Shown one piece after another: positions 8,994-19,002 of a stretch of 64,000 nt of DNA. Source of the DNA: Acidobacteriota bacterium (GTDB taxonomy: Bacteria; Acidobacteriota; Vicinamibacteria; Vicinamibacterales; 2-12-FULL-66-21); NCBI GenBank assembly GCA_003222675.1, contig QHWT01000044.1, positions 53,548-117,547 of the forward strand. Direction: 5' to 3'. A model generated the notes under the pieces. The model was not told the DNA's origin and did not search any database. It was given only the letters and a program-made list of their open reading frames with translations. Both the position numbers and the translations under genes were made by a program. How positions within the stretch are numbered: the first letter of the stretch is position 1; every line of letters starts with the position of its first letter.

Positions 8994-10325
8994 GTGCGGA
9001 TTCTGTCGATCACGGCGGGTGCGGCCGGGATGTATTGCGGCAGCTGCCTGCGCGACAATGCGCTCGCGGTGGAGCTGCTCGCGCGTGGACATCACGTGAC
9101 GCTGCTGCCGCTCTACACGCCCACGAACCCGGACGAAGCGAACGTCAGCCGCGATCGCGTGCTGTTCGGCGGCATCAGCATCTACTTGCAGCAGTATTCC
9201 AAGCTGTTCCGGAAAACGCCGCGATTCCTGGATCGTCTGTGGGACTCGCCCCGGGTCATCAAGGCGTTCGCAAGCCGGTCGCTCTCGACGGATCCGCGGC
9301 TGTTGGGCGATCTCACGATCTCGATGCTCGAAGGCGACCGCGGCGTGCTGCGCAAGGAGTTCGACAAGCTGCTCGACTGGATGTCGGCCGAACCGGTGCC
9401 TGACGTCATCAACCTGCCGAACTCGCTGCTGATCGGTCTCGCGCGCCCGCTGCGTAATGCCGTGCAGCGACCGATCGTCTGCGATCTGTTTCTTGAAGGC
9501 CTGACGGAGCCGTATCACGATCGCGCTCTCGCGCTCATCCAGCAGCGCGTGCCGGACGTCGACATGTTCATTGCGGTCAGCGACTACTACGCGCCGATGA
9601 TGTCGCAGCTGCTGAAGATTCCGTCGCAGAAGATGGCAGTAGTACCGCTTGGAATAAATCTGTCCGGTTACAAGCGACGGGTTCCGCCCCAAGGCATGAG
9701 TGGCGATCGTGTATTCCGCGTTGGCTACTTCGCTCGCATTGCACCTGAAAAGGGCCTGCACGTGCTCGCGGACGCGTATGTCAGGTTGCGCAAACGGACG
9801 GGAGCCGCGTCGGTGGCGCTCGAAGCGGCGGGTTATCTCGCACCTGCGCAGCAGAAGTACCTTGACGAGATACGCCGCACGCTGGAGACGGCGGGGCTCG
9901 CGCGAGAATTCACATATCACGGCGCGGTCGATCGCGACGCAAAGCTCGCGTTCCTGCAGACGCTCGACGTGTTCTCGGTGCCTGCGCCGTACGATGAGCC
10001 GAAGGGAGTGTTCCTGCTGGAAGCGATGGCGAGCGGCGTGCCGGTCGTCCAGCCGCGACGGGGCGCGTTCACCGAGATCGTGGAGAACACCGGCGGCGGC
10101 GTGCTCGTTGCGCCTGATGATCCCGCCGCGCTCGCCGATGGACTCTATTCCCTCTGGGCCGATCGCGGACGAGCGGCTGCGCTCGGCGATCGCGGGATCG
10201 AGGGAGTCCGGCGACACTACAGCATCGCGCGTTCGACAGATCGGCTGCTCGCCGTCTACGACACACTGGTTGGCGGCGGTGCGCATTCACCTGGCGAAGA
10301 CCGCCGCCTTGCTTCACGTCACTGA
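8994..10325 (+). CDS. GT4 family glycosyltransferase
   Basis: 'YFARIAPEKG', E-X7-E motif 'EPKGVFLLEAMASGVPVV'; GTG immediately follows the reductase stop. Confidence 0.9.
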   Translation: MRILSITAGAAGMYCGSCLRDNALAVELLARGHHVTLLPLYTPTNPDEANVSRDRVLFGGISIYLQQYSKLFRKTPRFLDRLWDSPRVIKAFASRSLSTDPRLLGDLTISMLEGDRGVLRKEFDKLLDWMSAEPVPDVINLPNSLLIGLARPLRNAVQRPIVCDLFLEGLTEPYHDRALALIQQRVPDVDMFIAVSDYYAPMMSQLLKIPSQKMAVVPLGINLSGYKRRVPPQGMSGDRVFRVGYFARIAPEKGLHVLADAYVRLRKRTGAASVALEAAGYLAPAQQKYLDEIRRTLETAGLAREFTYHGAVDRDAKLAFLQTLDVFSVPAPYDEPKGVFLLEAMASGVPVVQPRRGAFTEIVENTGGGVLVAPDDPAALADGLYSLWADRGRAAALGDRGIEGVRRHYSIARSTDRLLAVYDTLVGGGAHSPGEDRRLASRH

Positions 10326-10983
10326 TCTCACCAAGGCGTATCCGACCGCGCGCGGCCCGCTGACGGTCCTGGCCGGCGTCTCGTTCACGCTGGCGCCCGG
10401 CGACGCCGCCGCCGTGATGGGTCCGTCGGGCAGCGGCAAGAGCTCGCTTCTGTACGTGCTCGGCGCGCTGGAGCCGCCGACGAGCGGAACGGTGACGCTC
10501 GACGGCCGCAACCCATTCGAGCTCGCGGCGCCGGCCCTTGCCGCGTTCCGCAATACGTCGATTGGATTCGTCTTCCAGGATCACTGTCTCCTCCCGCAGT
10601 GCACGGTGCTCGAGAACGTCCTCGTGCCAACGCTGGTTGCGTCCCACGGCGCCGAGGACATCGATCGCGCGCGCGAGCTGATCGCGCAGGTCGGCCTCAT
10701 CGATCGCATCGATCATCGTCCCGCGGAACTGTCGGGCGGCGAGCGCCAGCGCGTCGCGCTCGCCCGCGCGCTGATTCGCAAGCCGCGGCTGCTGCTCTGC
10801 GACGAGCCAACCGGGAACCTCGATCGCGCGTCAGCCGACAGCGTCGCCGCGCTGTTGCTGGACCTGCACCGGCGCCAGCAGACGATGCTCGTCGTCGTCA
10901 CGCACAGCACAGCACTGGCAGAACGATTCCCGATCAGGTTTGAGCTGATCGACCGGAAGTTGCATCGCGCCGTTGAGCATTGA
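10309..10983 (+). CDS. ABC transporter ATP-binding protein (LolD/MacB type)
   Basis: Walker A 'GPSGSGKS', 'LSGGERQRV', 'CDEPTGNLD', 'VTH'; proposed TTG start at 10309. Confidence 0.92.
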   Translation: MLHVTDLTKAYPTARGPLTVLAGVSFTLAPGDAAAVMGPSGSGKSSLLYVLGALEPPTSGTVTLDGRNPFELAAPALAAFRNTSIGFVFQDHCLLPQCTVLENVLVPTLVASHGAEDIDRARELIAQVGLIDRIDHRPAELSGGERQRVALARALIRKPRLLLCDEPTGNLDRASADSVAALLLDLHRRQQTMLVVVTHSTALAERFPIRFELIDRKLHRAVEH

Positions 10984-10986
10984 CCA

Positions 10987-13900
10987 TTGACACCGAAACG
11001 TCTCGTCATCGCCGGCGTTCGTCATTACTGGCGCACCAACATCGCTGTGGTTGCAGGCGTCGCGACCGCGGTCGCGGTGCTTGCCGGCGCGCTGCTCGTT
11101 GGCGACTCGGTTCGCGGAAGCCTGCGCGATCTCGTGCTGCAACGGCTCGGCCGGACAGATCGCGTAGTCGTGTCGACGACGTTCTTCCGCGAAGCGCTTG
11201 TCGATGATCTTCAGCGGGATTCCGTCTTCGCTGCCTCGTTCAGCGCCATCGTCCCGATGGTCGCCATGGAGGGACTCGTCAGCGTGCAGACCAGCGGCCG
11301 CCGGGCGTCCCGCGTGCAGGTTTACGGCGTTGACGATCGCTTCTGGCGCTTTCACCAGCTCACGCCGCCGCCAGCCACCGATGCGCGCGGGGCGTTCCTG
11401 AGCGCAGCGCTCGCGAGGGATCTCGGCGCAAGGCGCGGGGACACGATCCTTACGCGCATCGAGCGTCCATCGGCGCTCCCGATCGAATCGGTGCATGGGC
11501 GCAAAGACGATCTCGGCCGCACCCTGCGGCTGACCGTGCGGGATGTGCTCGCCCCCTCCGCGCTCGGCGAGTTCTCGCTTCGCCCGCAACAGGGAGATGT
11601 CCGCGCGATTTTCGTGTCGCTGCGGCAGCTTCAAGATGAGGTGGAGCAGCGAGCGCGCGTCAACGTGCTCCTCATTTCGGATGGCCCGCAGGCCCTGTCC
11701 GAATCCCTGTCGACCCTGCTCAAACGCCACGCGACACCGGAAGACGTGGGCTTGACGGTGCGTGTGCTGGAGCCACAACGCGCGCTCGCGATCGAATCCC
11801 CCACGGGGCTGATCGACGCGTCCCATGCGGTTTACGTCGACGAAGTCGCGGCAGCGACCGGCATGACGGCAAAGCCGGTGTTCACGTATCTCGCGAACGC
11901 GATCCGCAGCGGCGATCGCGAGGTGCCCTACTCGCTCGTGACAGCAGTCGATCTCACGCTGATCGTCCCGTCGACTGCGAACCTGAGGATGCGATCACGG
12001 CCCCCGATCGTGCTGAACGACTGGGCGGCGCGCGAGGTGCACGCGCAGCCTGGCAGTCCGGTGACGCTCGATTACTACGTGTGGGAAGACCCCGGCATCC
12101 TGCGTACGCGCAGCGCCGAATTCGAAGTTGCCGCGATCGTGCCGATCGCAGGCGCAGCGGCGGATCGCACTCTCGCGCCCGTCTATCCGGGCATCACGGA
12201 GGCGGAGAACTTCAGCGACTGGGATCCGCCGTTTCCGATCGATCTCCGGAAGGTGCGCCCCGTGGACGAGGCGTATTGGAAGACGTATCGAACGACGTCC
12301 AAGGCCTTCGTTCCGATCGAGGAAGGACAGGCGCTCTGGCGATCGCGCTACGGCGATCGCACGTCAGTGCGCGTCCTCCTGCGCAACGGACAATCGACAC
12401 GTGACGCGGCCGAACGCTTCTCGACGCGTCTTCGCGCGGCCATCGATCCGATGGCGCTGGGATTTTCCGTCCGCAACGTGCGCACTGAGGGGCTGGCTGC
12501 GTCGCGCGGCGCAACGGATTTCGGTGAGTACTTCACCTATTTCAGCTTCTTCCTGGTCGTCTCGGCGCTGCTTCTCGCCTCGCTGTTCTTCAAGCTGGGC
12601 GTCGAGCAGCGCGCGCGCGAGGTCGGGTTGTTGCGCGCGGTGGGTTTCACGACCGCGCGCGTCGCCCGATTGTTTGCACTCGAAGGACTCCTGCTCGCCG
12701 GCCTCGGCAGCCTCGCCGGCCTGGCGGGCGCGGTGGCCTATGGCGCCTTGATGATGGAGGGCCTGCGGACGTGGTGGTCCGGCGCAGTCGGCACGTCCTC
12801 GTTGACGCTGCACGTGTCGGCCACGTCGCTGGCCGCCGGCGCGGCCGGCGTGGTTGTTGTGGCGGTCGTCTGTCTCTGGTGGACGCTGCAAGGCCTCGCC
12901 CGGATCTCGGAGCGCAGCCTTCTGGCTGGGACTATCGCAGAGGACGTGCGCGGCCGATCGACGCGCGCCTCGCTGTTTCTGGCGGGCGCTCTCGCCTTCG
13001 GTGCGACCGGGACGATCCTGCCCATCATCGCCGCAGCCGGCAGAGTCGATCGCACCGGCGCTTTTTTTGCGGCGGGCTCGTCGATGCTGCTCGCGGGCCT
13101 GTGCGCGGTCGCGTTCGTCCTGCGCCGCGCGCCGCGCGAGGCGATCACCGGGGCATCACGGTGGCCCACCGGCCGCGTGGGCCTTCGAAACACCGCGAGT
13201 CGTCCAGGGCGCAGCGTGCTCGCGATCGCGGTGATCGCCTCCGCAACCTTTATCCTGATCTCTGTCGATGCGTTCCGGCGCGGCGCGCCAGCCAGCACCG
13301 GCCGTCATTCGGGCGTGGGTGGATATCAGCTGCTCGTGAACCTGATGGTGCCGCTCGCGCACGACCCGAATGCGCCGGCCGGACGTGAAGCGATCGGGCT
13401 CGAAACCGCCGGCGACGTCGCCATCGATCCATTCCGCGTACTGCCCGGCGACGAAACGAGCTGCCTCAATCTCTATCAGCCCACCAACCCGAGGATTCTG
13501 GCCGTGACGCAACGGTTCATTGAATCCGGACGGTTCGCGTTCCAGGACGTTCCGGGCGCAACCGAGGCGGAACGCGCGAACCCCTGGCTGACGCTGAACC
13601 GCGAACTCGGCAGCGGTACGGTGCCGATCATCGCTGATGCGAGCTCGATGACCTACGTGCTGCACAAGAGTCTCGGCGACGAGATCGTCATCACGCGAGG
13701 GAACGCGACGATTCGACTCCGGCTGGTCGCGGCGCTGAACGACAGCCTCTTCCAGGGGGAGCTTTTGATGTCCGAGACGAATTTCCTGAAACTGTTCCCC
13801 GACCAGGAGGGATACCGTTTCCTTCTGATCGACGCGCCGGGCGCACGGGCATCCCGGATCTCCGCCGCAATCGAAGACCGCGGATCGGATCTCGGCGCGG

Positions 13901-14334
13901 ACGTGACATCAACCGTCGAACGTCTCGCGGAGTTCCACCGCGTCGAGAACACGTATCTGGCGACCTTCCAGGCGCTCGGCGGCCTGGGCCTGCTCGTCGG
14001 CACGATCGGCCTCGCGGCGGTGCTGCTGCGGAACGTGCTCGAACGCCGCCGCGAGCTCGCGCTGCTGCGCGCGGTTGGTTACGCGCCGCGAGATCTGTTC
14101 GCAATCGTGCTGGCGGAGAACGCGGCGCTGCTCGCGTGCGGCCTGCTCGTCGGCGCGCTCAGCGCGCTGGTCGCGATCGCACCGGCCGCCGCCGATCGCG
14201 GCGTGCGCCTTCCGCTCTCCATGCCGGGCGGCCTCCTGCTGGTTGCGGTGCTCGCGGCCGGGCTGCTATCGTCCGTGATCGCGACGCGCGTGGCGCTGCG
14301 CGCATCGCTGGTTGGAGCTCTGCGGTCGGAGTGA
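10987..14334 (+). CDS. Large FtsX/MacB-family ABC permease with two permease domains (1115 aa)
   Basis: Two FtsX signatures, 'QRAREVGLLRAVGF' and 'ERRRELALLRAVGY'; large periplasmic loops. Confidence 0.88.
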   Translation: MTPKRLVIAGVRHYWRTNIAVVAGVATAVAVLAGALLVGDSVRGSLRDLVLQRLGRTDRVVVSTTFFREALVDDLQRDSVFAASFSAIVPMVAMEGLVSVQTSGRRASRVQVYGVDDRFWRFHQLTPPPATDARGAFLSAALARDLGARRGDTILTRIERPSALPIESVHGRKDDLGRTLRLTVRDVLAPSALGEFSLRPQQGDVRAIFVSLRQLQDEVEQRARVNVLLISDGPQALSESLSTLLKRHATPEDVGLTVRVLEPQRALAIESPTGLIDASHAVYVDEVAAATGMTAKPVFTYLANAIRSGDREVPYSLVTAVDLTLIVPSTANLRMRSRPPIVLNDWAAREVHAQPGSPVTLDYYVWEDPGILRTRSAEFEVAAIVPIAGAAADRTLAPVYPGITEAENFSDWDPPFPIDLRKVRPVDEAYWKTYRTTSKAFVPIEEGQALWRSRYGDRTSVRVLLRNGQSTRDAAERFSTRLRAAIDPMALGFSVRNVRTEGLAASRGATDFGEYFTYFSFFLVVSALLLASLFFKLGVEQRAREVGLLRAVGFTTARVARLFALEGLLLAGLGSLAGLAGAVAYGALMMEGLRTWWSGAVGTSSLTLHVSATSLAAGAAGVVVVAVVCLWWTLQGLARISERSLLAGTIAEDVRGRSTRASLFLAGALAFGATGTILPIIAAAGRVDRTGAFFAAGSSMLLAGLCAVAFVLRRAPREAITGASRWPTGRVGLRNTASRPGRSVLAIAVIASATFILISVDAFRRGAPASTGRHSGVGGYQLLVNLMVPLAHDPNAPAGREAIGLETAGDVAIDPFRVLPGDETSCLNLYQPTNPRILAVTQRFIESGRFAFQDVPGATEAERANPWLTLNRELGSGTVPIIADASSMTYVLHKSLGDEIVITRGNATIRLRLVAALNDSLFQGELLMSETNFLKLFPDQEGYRFLLIDAPGARASRISAAIEDRGSDLGADVTSTVERLAEFHRVENTYLATFQALGGLGLLVGTIGLAAVLLRNVLERRRELALLRAVGYAPRDLFAIVLAENAALLACGLLVGALSALVAIAPAAADRGVRLPLSMPGGLLLVAVLAAGLLSSVIATRVALRASLVGALRSE

Positions 14335-14344
14335 CGGCTGACGG

Positions 14345-14766
14345 CTTCATCACGAAGACCACGAAGTTACGAAGATTACGAAGGCAGAATGACATCGCAA
14401 TCCGCTTTGGAACGCTGACAGAGTGACTGGATGTTGTGTGCCCGCGGAGAAGACGATCTCTCGCAGAGAAAATTCAAGAGGCACAGAGAGCGCCGAAAAG
14501 GCTGCGGTGCCGCTCCGCCGACCCGCGCTTCGCGCGTGACCTCAAGACGCCGGCCGAAGGCCGCGTCGGCGGAGCGCATGCGCTTCCTCAATTGTCTTCT
14601 CCGCGCATGCGCGTGGCAGGGACCTGCGTGACCCGCGGGCGGTTTTCGTGCGTGCTCTGCGCGCTCGGCGTGCTCTGCGTGAATTCGTACGTGGCAAGCG
14701 AATCCGTGTTCGTCCGGGTTATTCCGTGGCCATCAAGTCACAGTAGTCTTCGTCGCCTCGTGAATC
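14345..14766. repeat. Nested inverted-repeat intergenic element built from 9-mer repeats around a structured core
   Basis: Outer CACGAAG units versus CTTCGT/CTCGTG; middle CGCAGAG/CACAGAG versus CTCTGCG; inner CGCTCCGCCGAC (~14511) versus GTCGGCGGAGCG (~14565). Confidence 0.55.
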
Positions 14767-14802
14767 AGCCGTGGGCCGTCACACGACAAGCCGGTGACTG
14801 AC

Positions 14803-16107
14803 ATGCGATCTCGAGTCTTCGCCGTCACAATAGCCGCGATTGTCATGCATGTCGCTCCTCGTGCAGACAACTGGCCGCAGTGGCGCGGACCGTCGATGAA
14901 TGGCCTCAGCGCGGAGAAGAACCTTCCGGTCAGGTGGAACCACGCCGAGAACATCACGTGGAAGCTGCCGCTGCCGGCGTGGTCCGGATCCACGCCGATC
15001 GTGTGGGGCGATCGCCTCTTCCTGAACGTCGCCGACGATCTGAAGGTCGCGCACGGCGACAACCTGCACGTCTGGTGCATCGACCGGACGAAGGGAACCA
15101 TTGCCTGGCAGCGTCCATTGGGCAGCGGCAATCACCAGGAGCGCAAGCAGAACATGTCGACGCCATCGCCGGTCACCGATGGCACGCGCGTCTGGGTGAT
15201 GACGGGCACCGGCATCCTGAAGGCGTTCGACTTCGATGGCAAGGAACTCTGGATGCGCGACATCCAGAAAGACTACGGGCGCTTCGGCCTCAACTGGGGA
15301 TACGGGTCGTCACCGTTGCTGCACGCAGACTCGCTCTACGTGCAGGTGCTGCACGGCATGCGCACCGACGATCCGTCGTATCTGCTCCGCATCGACAAAA
15401 CGACGGGCACGACCGTGTGGAGAGTGGAACGCCCGACGCGCGCGCGCATGGAATCCCCCGACGCCTACACGACCCCGGCGCTCCTCCGCTACGGCAACAA
15501 CACCGAAATCGTCGTCACGGGCGGTGATGTCGTTACGGGCCACGATCCTGAGACTGGCAAGGAGCTCTGGCGCGCCGACGGACTGAATCCCGACAACGAC
15601 GCGAATTACCGCATCGTCGCGTCGCCGGTGACGCACGGCGACCTGATCATCGCGCCGACACGAGAACGCCCGATGCTCGTGCTGAAAGCCGGCGGCCGCG
15701 GCGACATCAGCCGCTCCCACGTGCTCTGGACCTTCGGCAACGGCCCCGACGTCCCGACGCCGGTCACCGACGGCACCTACGTCTACGTCGTCAACGACCG
15801 CGGGATCATGTTCTGTCTCGAGGCGAGGAGCGGCAAGGAAATCTACGGGCGCCAGCGACTGCGTCCCGGCACGTACAGCGCCTCGCCGGTGCTCGCGGAC
15901 GGGAAGATCTACGTCACGAACGAAGACGGCGTCACGAGCGTTGTGAAGGCGGGACCGGCATTCGAGGTGCTCGCCGAGAACGATCTCAACGACTACACGC
16001 TCAGCTCGCCCGCGATCTCCGACGGGCAGATCTTCATCCGCACCGCGAAGGCGCTGTGGTGCATCGGCGACCACAGACAGCCACAGAAGAACACAGACAA
16101 ACACTGA
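14803..16107 (+). CDS. Secreted PQQ-like (BamB-like) beta-propeller protein #1
   Basis: Signal peptide, 'NWPQWRGP', repeated S/T-P-V and 'GKELW' Trp-docking motifs. Confidence 0.88.
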   Translation: MRSRVFAVTIAAIVMHVAPRADNWPQWRGPSMNGLSAEKNLPVRWNHAENITWKLPLPAWSGSTPIVWGDRLFLNVADDLKVAHGDNLHVWCIDRTKGTIAWQRPLGSGNHQERKQNMSTPSPVTDGTRVWVMTGTGILKAFDFDGKELWMRDIQKDYGRFGLNWGYGSSPLLHADSLYVQVLHGMRTDDPSYLLRIDKTTGTTVWRVERPTRARMESPDAYTTPALLRYGNNTEIVVTGGDVVTGHDPETGKELWRADGLNPDNDANYRIVASPVTHGDLIIAPTRERPMLVLKAGGRGDISRSHVLWTFGNGPDVPTPVTDGTYVYVVNDRGIMFCLEARSGKEIYGRQRLRPGTYSASPVLADGKIYVTNEDGVTSVVKAGPAFEVLAENDLNDYTLSSPAISDGQIFIRTAKALWCIGDHRQPQKNTDKH

Positions 16108-16262
16108 AACCCAGATATCGAAATACGGCAAGCACGGAACAAACAGAACACATCAGAAACCCCGGAAGGGCAGTGTTCTTCTGTGTTTGTGTTGTGTTGG
16201 TCCGCGTTGTTCTGTGTTCTTCCGTGTTGTTCTGTGGCCCTTATCTGTGGTCCTCTGTGGCG
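16070..16262. repeat. Inverted arrays of ~9-nt CACAGA/TCTGTG repeats between convergent genes (hairpin or terminator-like)
   Basis: ccacagacag ccacagaag aacacagac ... ttctgtgttc ... ttctgtggc ... tctgtggtcc tctgtgg. Confidence 0.65.
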
Positions 16263-17584
16263 CCGATGGCGTAGACGTTCTTCAACCCTCGCACGATCAG
16301 CAGGCCGTCGGACACGGCGGGCGTCGCCATGATCACTTCGCCGATGGAATTCTTCGCGAGGAGCTCGTATGTCGGGCCTGCCTTCACGACGAACACGTCG
16401 CCGTCTTCGCTCGAAAGATACAGCTTCCCATCGGCCGCGATCGGCGACGCGCTGAATGCGCCGCCGGTGCCGCCGAGACGCTCCTGGTAGATGCGTTCGC
16501 CGGTCGTGACGTTGTACGAGGCGAGCACGCCGTTGTTCAGAGTGTAGAGCTGCCCGCCGTATATCAGGGGCGTGGGGATGTACGGACCGCCGGGCTTGGT
16601 GCTCCAGGCGATGAAGTCACTCTTCGTTTCATCCCCCTTCAGCGTGATATCGCCGCTCGCGCCCGGCTTGATTGCGAATATCGGCTGCACGCCGCGATAC
16701 CCGTTCGTGACCACGACGAAGCCCGGACCCACGACTGGCGTGGGAATCGTGATTTCGGAATTGCCCGAGAGGCGCCAGAGCTCCTTGCCGGTATCGGGAT
16801 CGTAACCCCGGGTGAACGTGGTCGCCTGCGTGACGAGCTCAGCGCGGCCGTTCGATTGGAAGATGGTCGGCGTCGACCACGAGGGGATCTCTTCACGATT
16901 CGTACGCCACACCTGCTTGCCAGTCTCCACGTCGAACGCCGCGAGATACGAATTCTTCTGGATGTCGCACTGCACGATCGCCATGTTCTTGTAGATGATC
17001 GGCGAGCTGCCGACGCCCCACTCGTAGTCGGGATCGAAGAACCATCCGGCATTGAGCACGCCGAGATCCTGCTTCCAGAGCTGTTCGCCGTCGAAGTCGT
17101 AGGCGTAGAGTCCCTCCGAGCCGAACGACACGATCACGTGGCGCCCGTCGGTCACAGGTGTCGGCGACGCCTGGCTCGATTTCGGATGCCGCTTCGTCTT
17201 CGGCGTCCCCTCGTGGGCGATGCGGTCCCACAGCACCTTGCCGGTCTTTTTGTCGAGCGCGATCAGTCGCCACGTGTGTTTCGACTGATCCGAAGCCGGC
17301 TCGACATCGCCATACAAGCCGGTGCGAATCCCCTGGGTCGGGTCGCTGCTGACCGCGGTCGAGATGAACACGCGATCGCCCCACACGATCGGGCTCGAAA
17401 CGGCAATGCCGGGAACCGGTGCCTTCCACACCACGTTCTCTCCCGTCGATACATTCCATTTCGTCGCGGTCGGCCGGCCGTCGGCCACGCCGGCCGCATT
17501 GGCGCCGCGGAACGACGGCCAGTGCTGCGCGGAAAGAGACGCCGTAGCGAGCATGCAGATGACGAGCGGCAGACATCGCCTCAT
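16241..17584 (-). CDS. Secreted PQQ-like beta-propeller protein #2
   Basis: Signal peptide, 'HWPSFRG', 'SSPIVWGDRVF', 'TGKELW'. Confidence 0.88.
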   Translation of the reverse strand: MRRCLPLVICMLATASLSAQHWPSFRGANAAGVADGRPTATKWNVSTGENVVWKAPVPGIAVSSPIVWGDRVFISTAVSSDPTQGIRTGLYGDVEPASDQSKHTWRLIALDKKTGKVLWDRIAHEGTPKTKRHPKSSQASPTPVTDGRHVIVSFGSEGLYAYDFDGEQLWKQDLGVLNAGWFFDPDYEWGVGSSPIIYKNMAIVQCDIQKNSYLAAFDVETGKQVWRTNREEIPSWSTPTIFQSNGRAELVTQATTFTRGYDPDTGKELWRLSGNSEITIPTPVVGPGFVVVTNGYRGVQPIFAIKPGASGDITLKGDETKSDFIAWSTKPGGPYIPTPLIYGGQLYTLNNGVLASYNVTTGERIYQERLGGTGGAFSASPIAADGKLYLSSEDGDVFVVKAGPTYELLAKNSIGEVIMATPAVSDGLLIVRGLKNVYAIGATEDHR

Positions 17585-17586
17585 GA

Positions 17587-18433
17587 CTATTTCTCCGCCA
17601 CACGGGTGAAAGGCGTCGTGTTGCTCCCCTGCGTCAACGACAGGCCGGTGACCTTGCCGTCGGCAACCTGGAACGTGATCGTGACGCCGGGTGCGCCGAT
17701 CACGCGAAACTTCGTCGCGTCCATCGACGACAGAACGAACTTCTGCCCGGGCGGGCCGCCCGTCAGCCGCGAACCGGCGACCGTGAACACGAGCGGAAGA
17801 CCGCCGGCACTCTGATACGAACCTGCATACCGCGCGAGCTGCGCCTCGTCGATCTTGAAGTCGTCGTAGGGCTTTGCGCCAGCCTGCTCGAGCAGCGTCA
17901 CCATTGCGGGCTTGTTCTTCGCTCTCGCGTTTTCGAGCGCATCGGACAGTGTCGCGGCTGGAAGGCCGCCGCTGTCGAGAATGATTTTGGCGAGCGCGGT
18001 GTCACCGTCCGAAACCGCGCTCGACAGCGCCTGGTCCTTGCCCTGCGCTCCCTTCGCGATCAGCAGCTTGACGATCTCGGTGTGATCCGGCTTCTTCTTC
18101 TGTGGGGCTGATGGCCAGCATGAGCGGTGTCGAGCCGTAGAACGTGTCCTTCACGTTGATGTCCGCCCCGTGATCGAGCAGCACCTTGACCACATCGAGA
18201 TGGCCGTGATCGCAGGCATATATCAGCGCCGTCACCTCGTAGCGGAACTTCGTGTTAGGGTCCACGCCGTCATCGAGGAGCTTCTTCACCGCGGCCGCAT
18301 CGCCCCGGCGAGCGGCGGCCGACAGTTCTTCCGCCTTCGTTGACGGCGGCGCTGCCTGCGCGGTGGCGAGTGCTGAACTGAGAATTACGAAGAGAGCGCC
18401 GAAAGCCGTATTTCTGAAGCGGGAGCGTGACAT
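17587..18433 (-). CDS. Secreted ankyrin-repeat protein with a C-terminal beta domain (DUF3471-like); frameshift near 18105
   Basis: 'TALIYACDHGHLDVVKVLLDHGADIN..D..GSTPL'. A second frame continues 'HTEIVKLLIAKGA...' without a stop into ORF 17587..17904 ('LARYAGSY'). Confidence 0.75.
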
Positions 18434-18449
18434 TGGAGGTCCTTTGTTT

Positions 18450-18510
18450 CTTCCGCCTAGAGGCGGAAGCCACGGGTCGTGATTTTGTGGCTTTCGCCTT
18501 TAGGCGGAAG
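18450..18510. repeat. Inverted doublet of CTTCCGCCT-NN-AGGCGGAAG-CCAC REP-like palindromes
   Basis: Copies at 18450-18473 and, inverted, 18487-18510. Confidence 0.8.
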
Positions 18511-18529
18511 TCACGCGTCGTGGTTCGGC

Positions 18530-18979
18530 TCACGCGGTGGGCCGGAAGTACAGCACCATCGCCGCTCCGAGGGATGCGAGCAGGAAACCGACGTACAGCA
18601 TGGGGTTGATCGCTGATTTCGGCGGATGGAGGGCCATGGTGATCAGCACGTTCACAATCGGCGCGCCGCCGAAGACGAGCGGCATCACGTAAACCGGCAG
18701 GCCACCGGCCTTGAATGCCCAGATGATGCACGCGGCGCCCGCCGCGCCGAGCGCGCCGGCAATTGTGGCCATCACCAGACCGCGACTGTTGAACCTCGCG
18801 AGATTCCCCTGCGCGGAGAGGGCCGCAGCTGGAATGAGGACGCCGATCAGAAAGTACGCGACCCCGACGCACAGCAGCGCCTTCAACGGATTCCCGAGTT
18901 GGACCTGCCCCTGGTGCAGCAGCGCGCCATACGCGCCCCACGACAGCACGGCGCCGGCCACGAAAATCACCCACCCCAT
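18530..18979 (-). CDS. Small multi-pass membrane protein (DMT/EamA-like half transporter)
   Basis: About 5 hydrophobic helices, 'VMPLVFGGAPIVN'; GAGGAG RBS before ATG 18979. Confidence 0.7.
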   Translation of the reverse strand: MGWVIFVAGAVLSWGAYGALLHQGQVQLGNPLKALLCVGVAYFLIGVLIPAAALSAQGNLARFNSRGLVMATIAGALGAAGAACIIWAFKAGGLPVYVMPLVFGGAPIVNVLITMALHPPKSAINPMLYVGFLLASLGAAMVLYFRPTA

Positions 18980-19002
18980 ACGGCTCCTCATCATCAAGGT
19001 TG

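Noticed and set aside
14340..14800. RiPP precursor peptide for the radical SAM enzyme (e.g. ORF 14431..14631)
   Set aside because: The short ORFs here derive from repeat DNA and have no clear RBS or leader/core pattern; the radical SAM enzyme has no SPASM or RRE domain.
16187..17815. 542-aa plus-strand ORF
   Set aside because: Antisense shadow of propeller #2.
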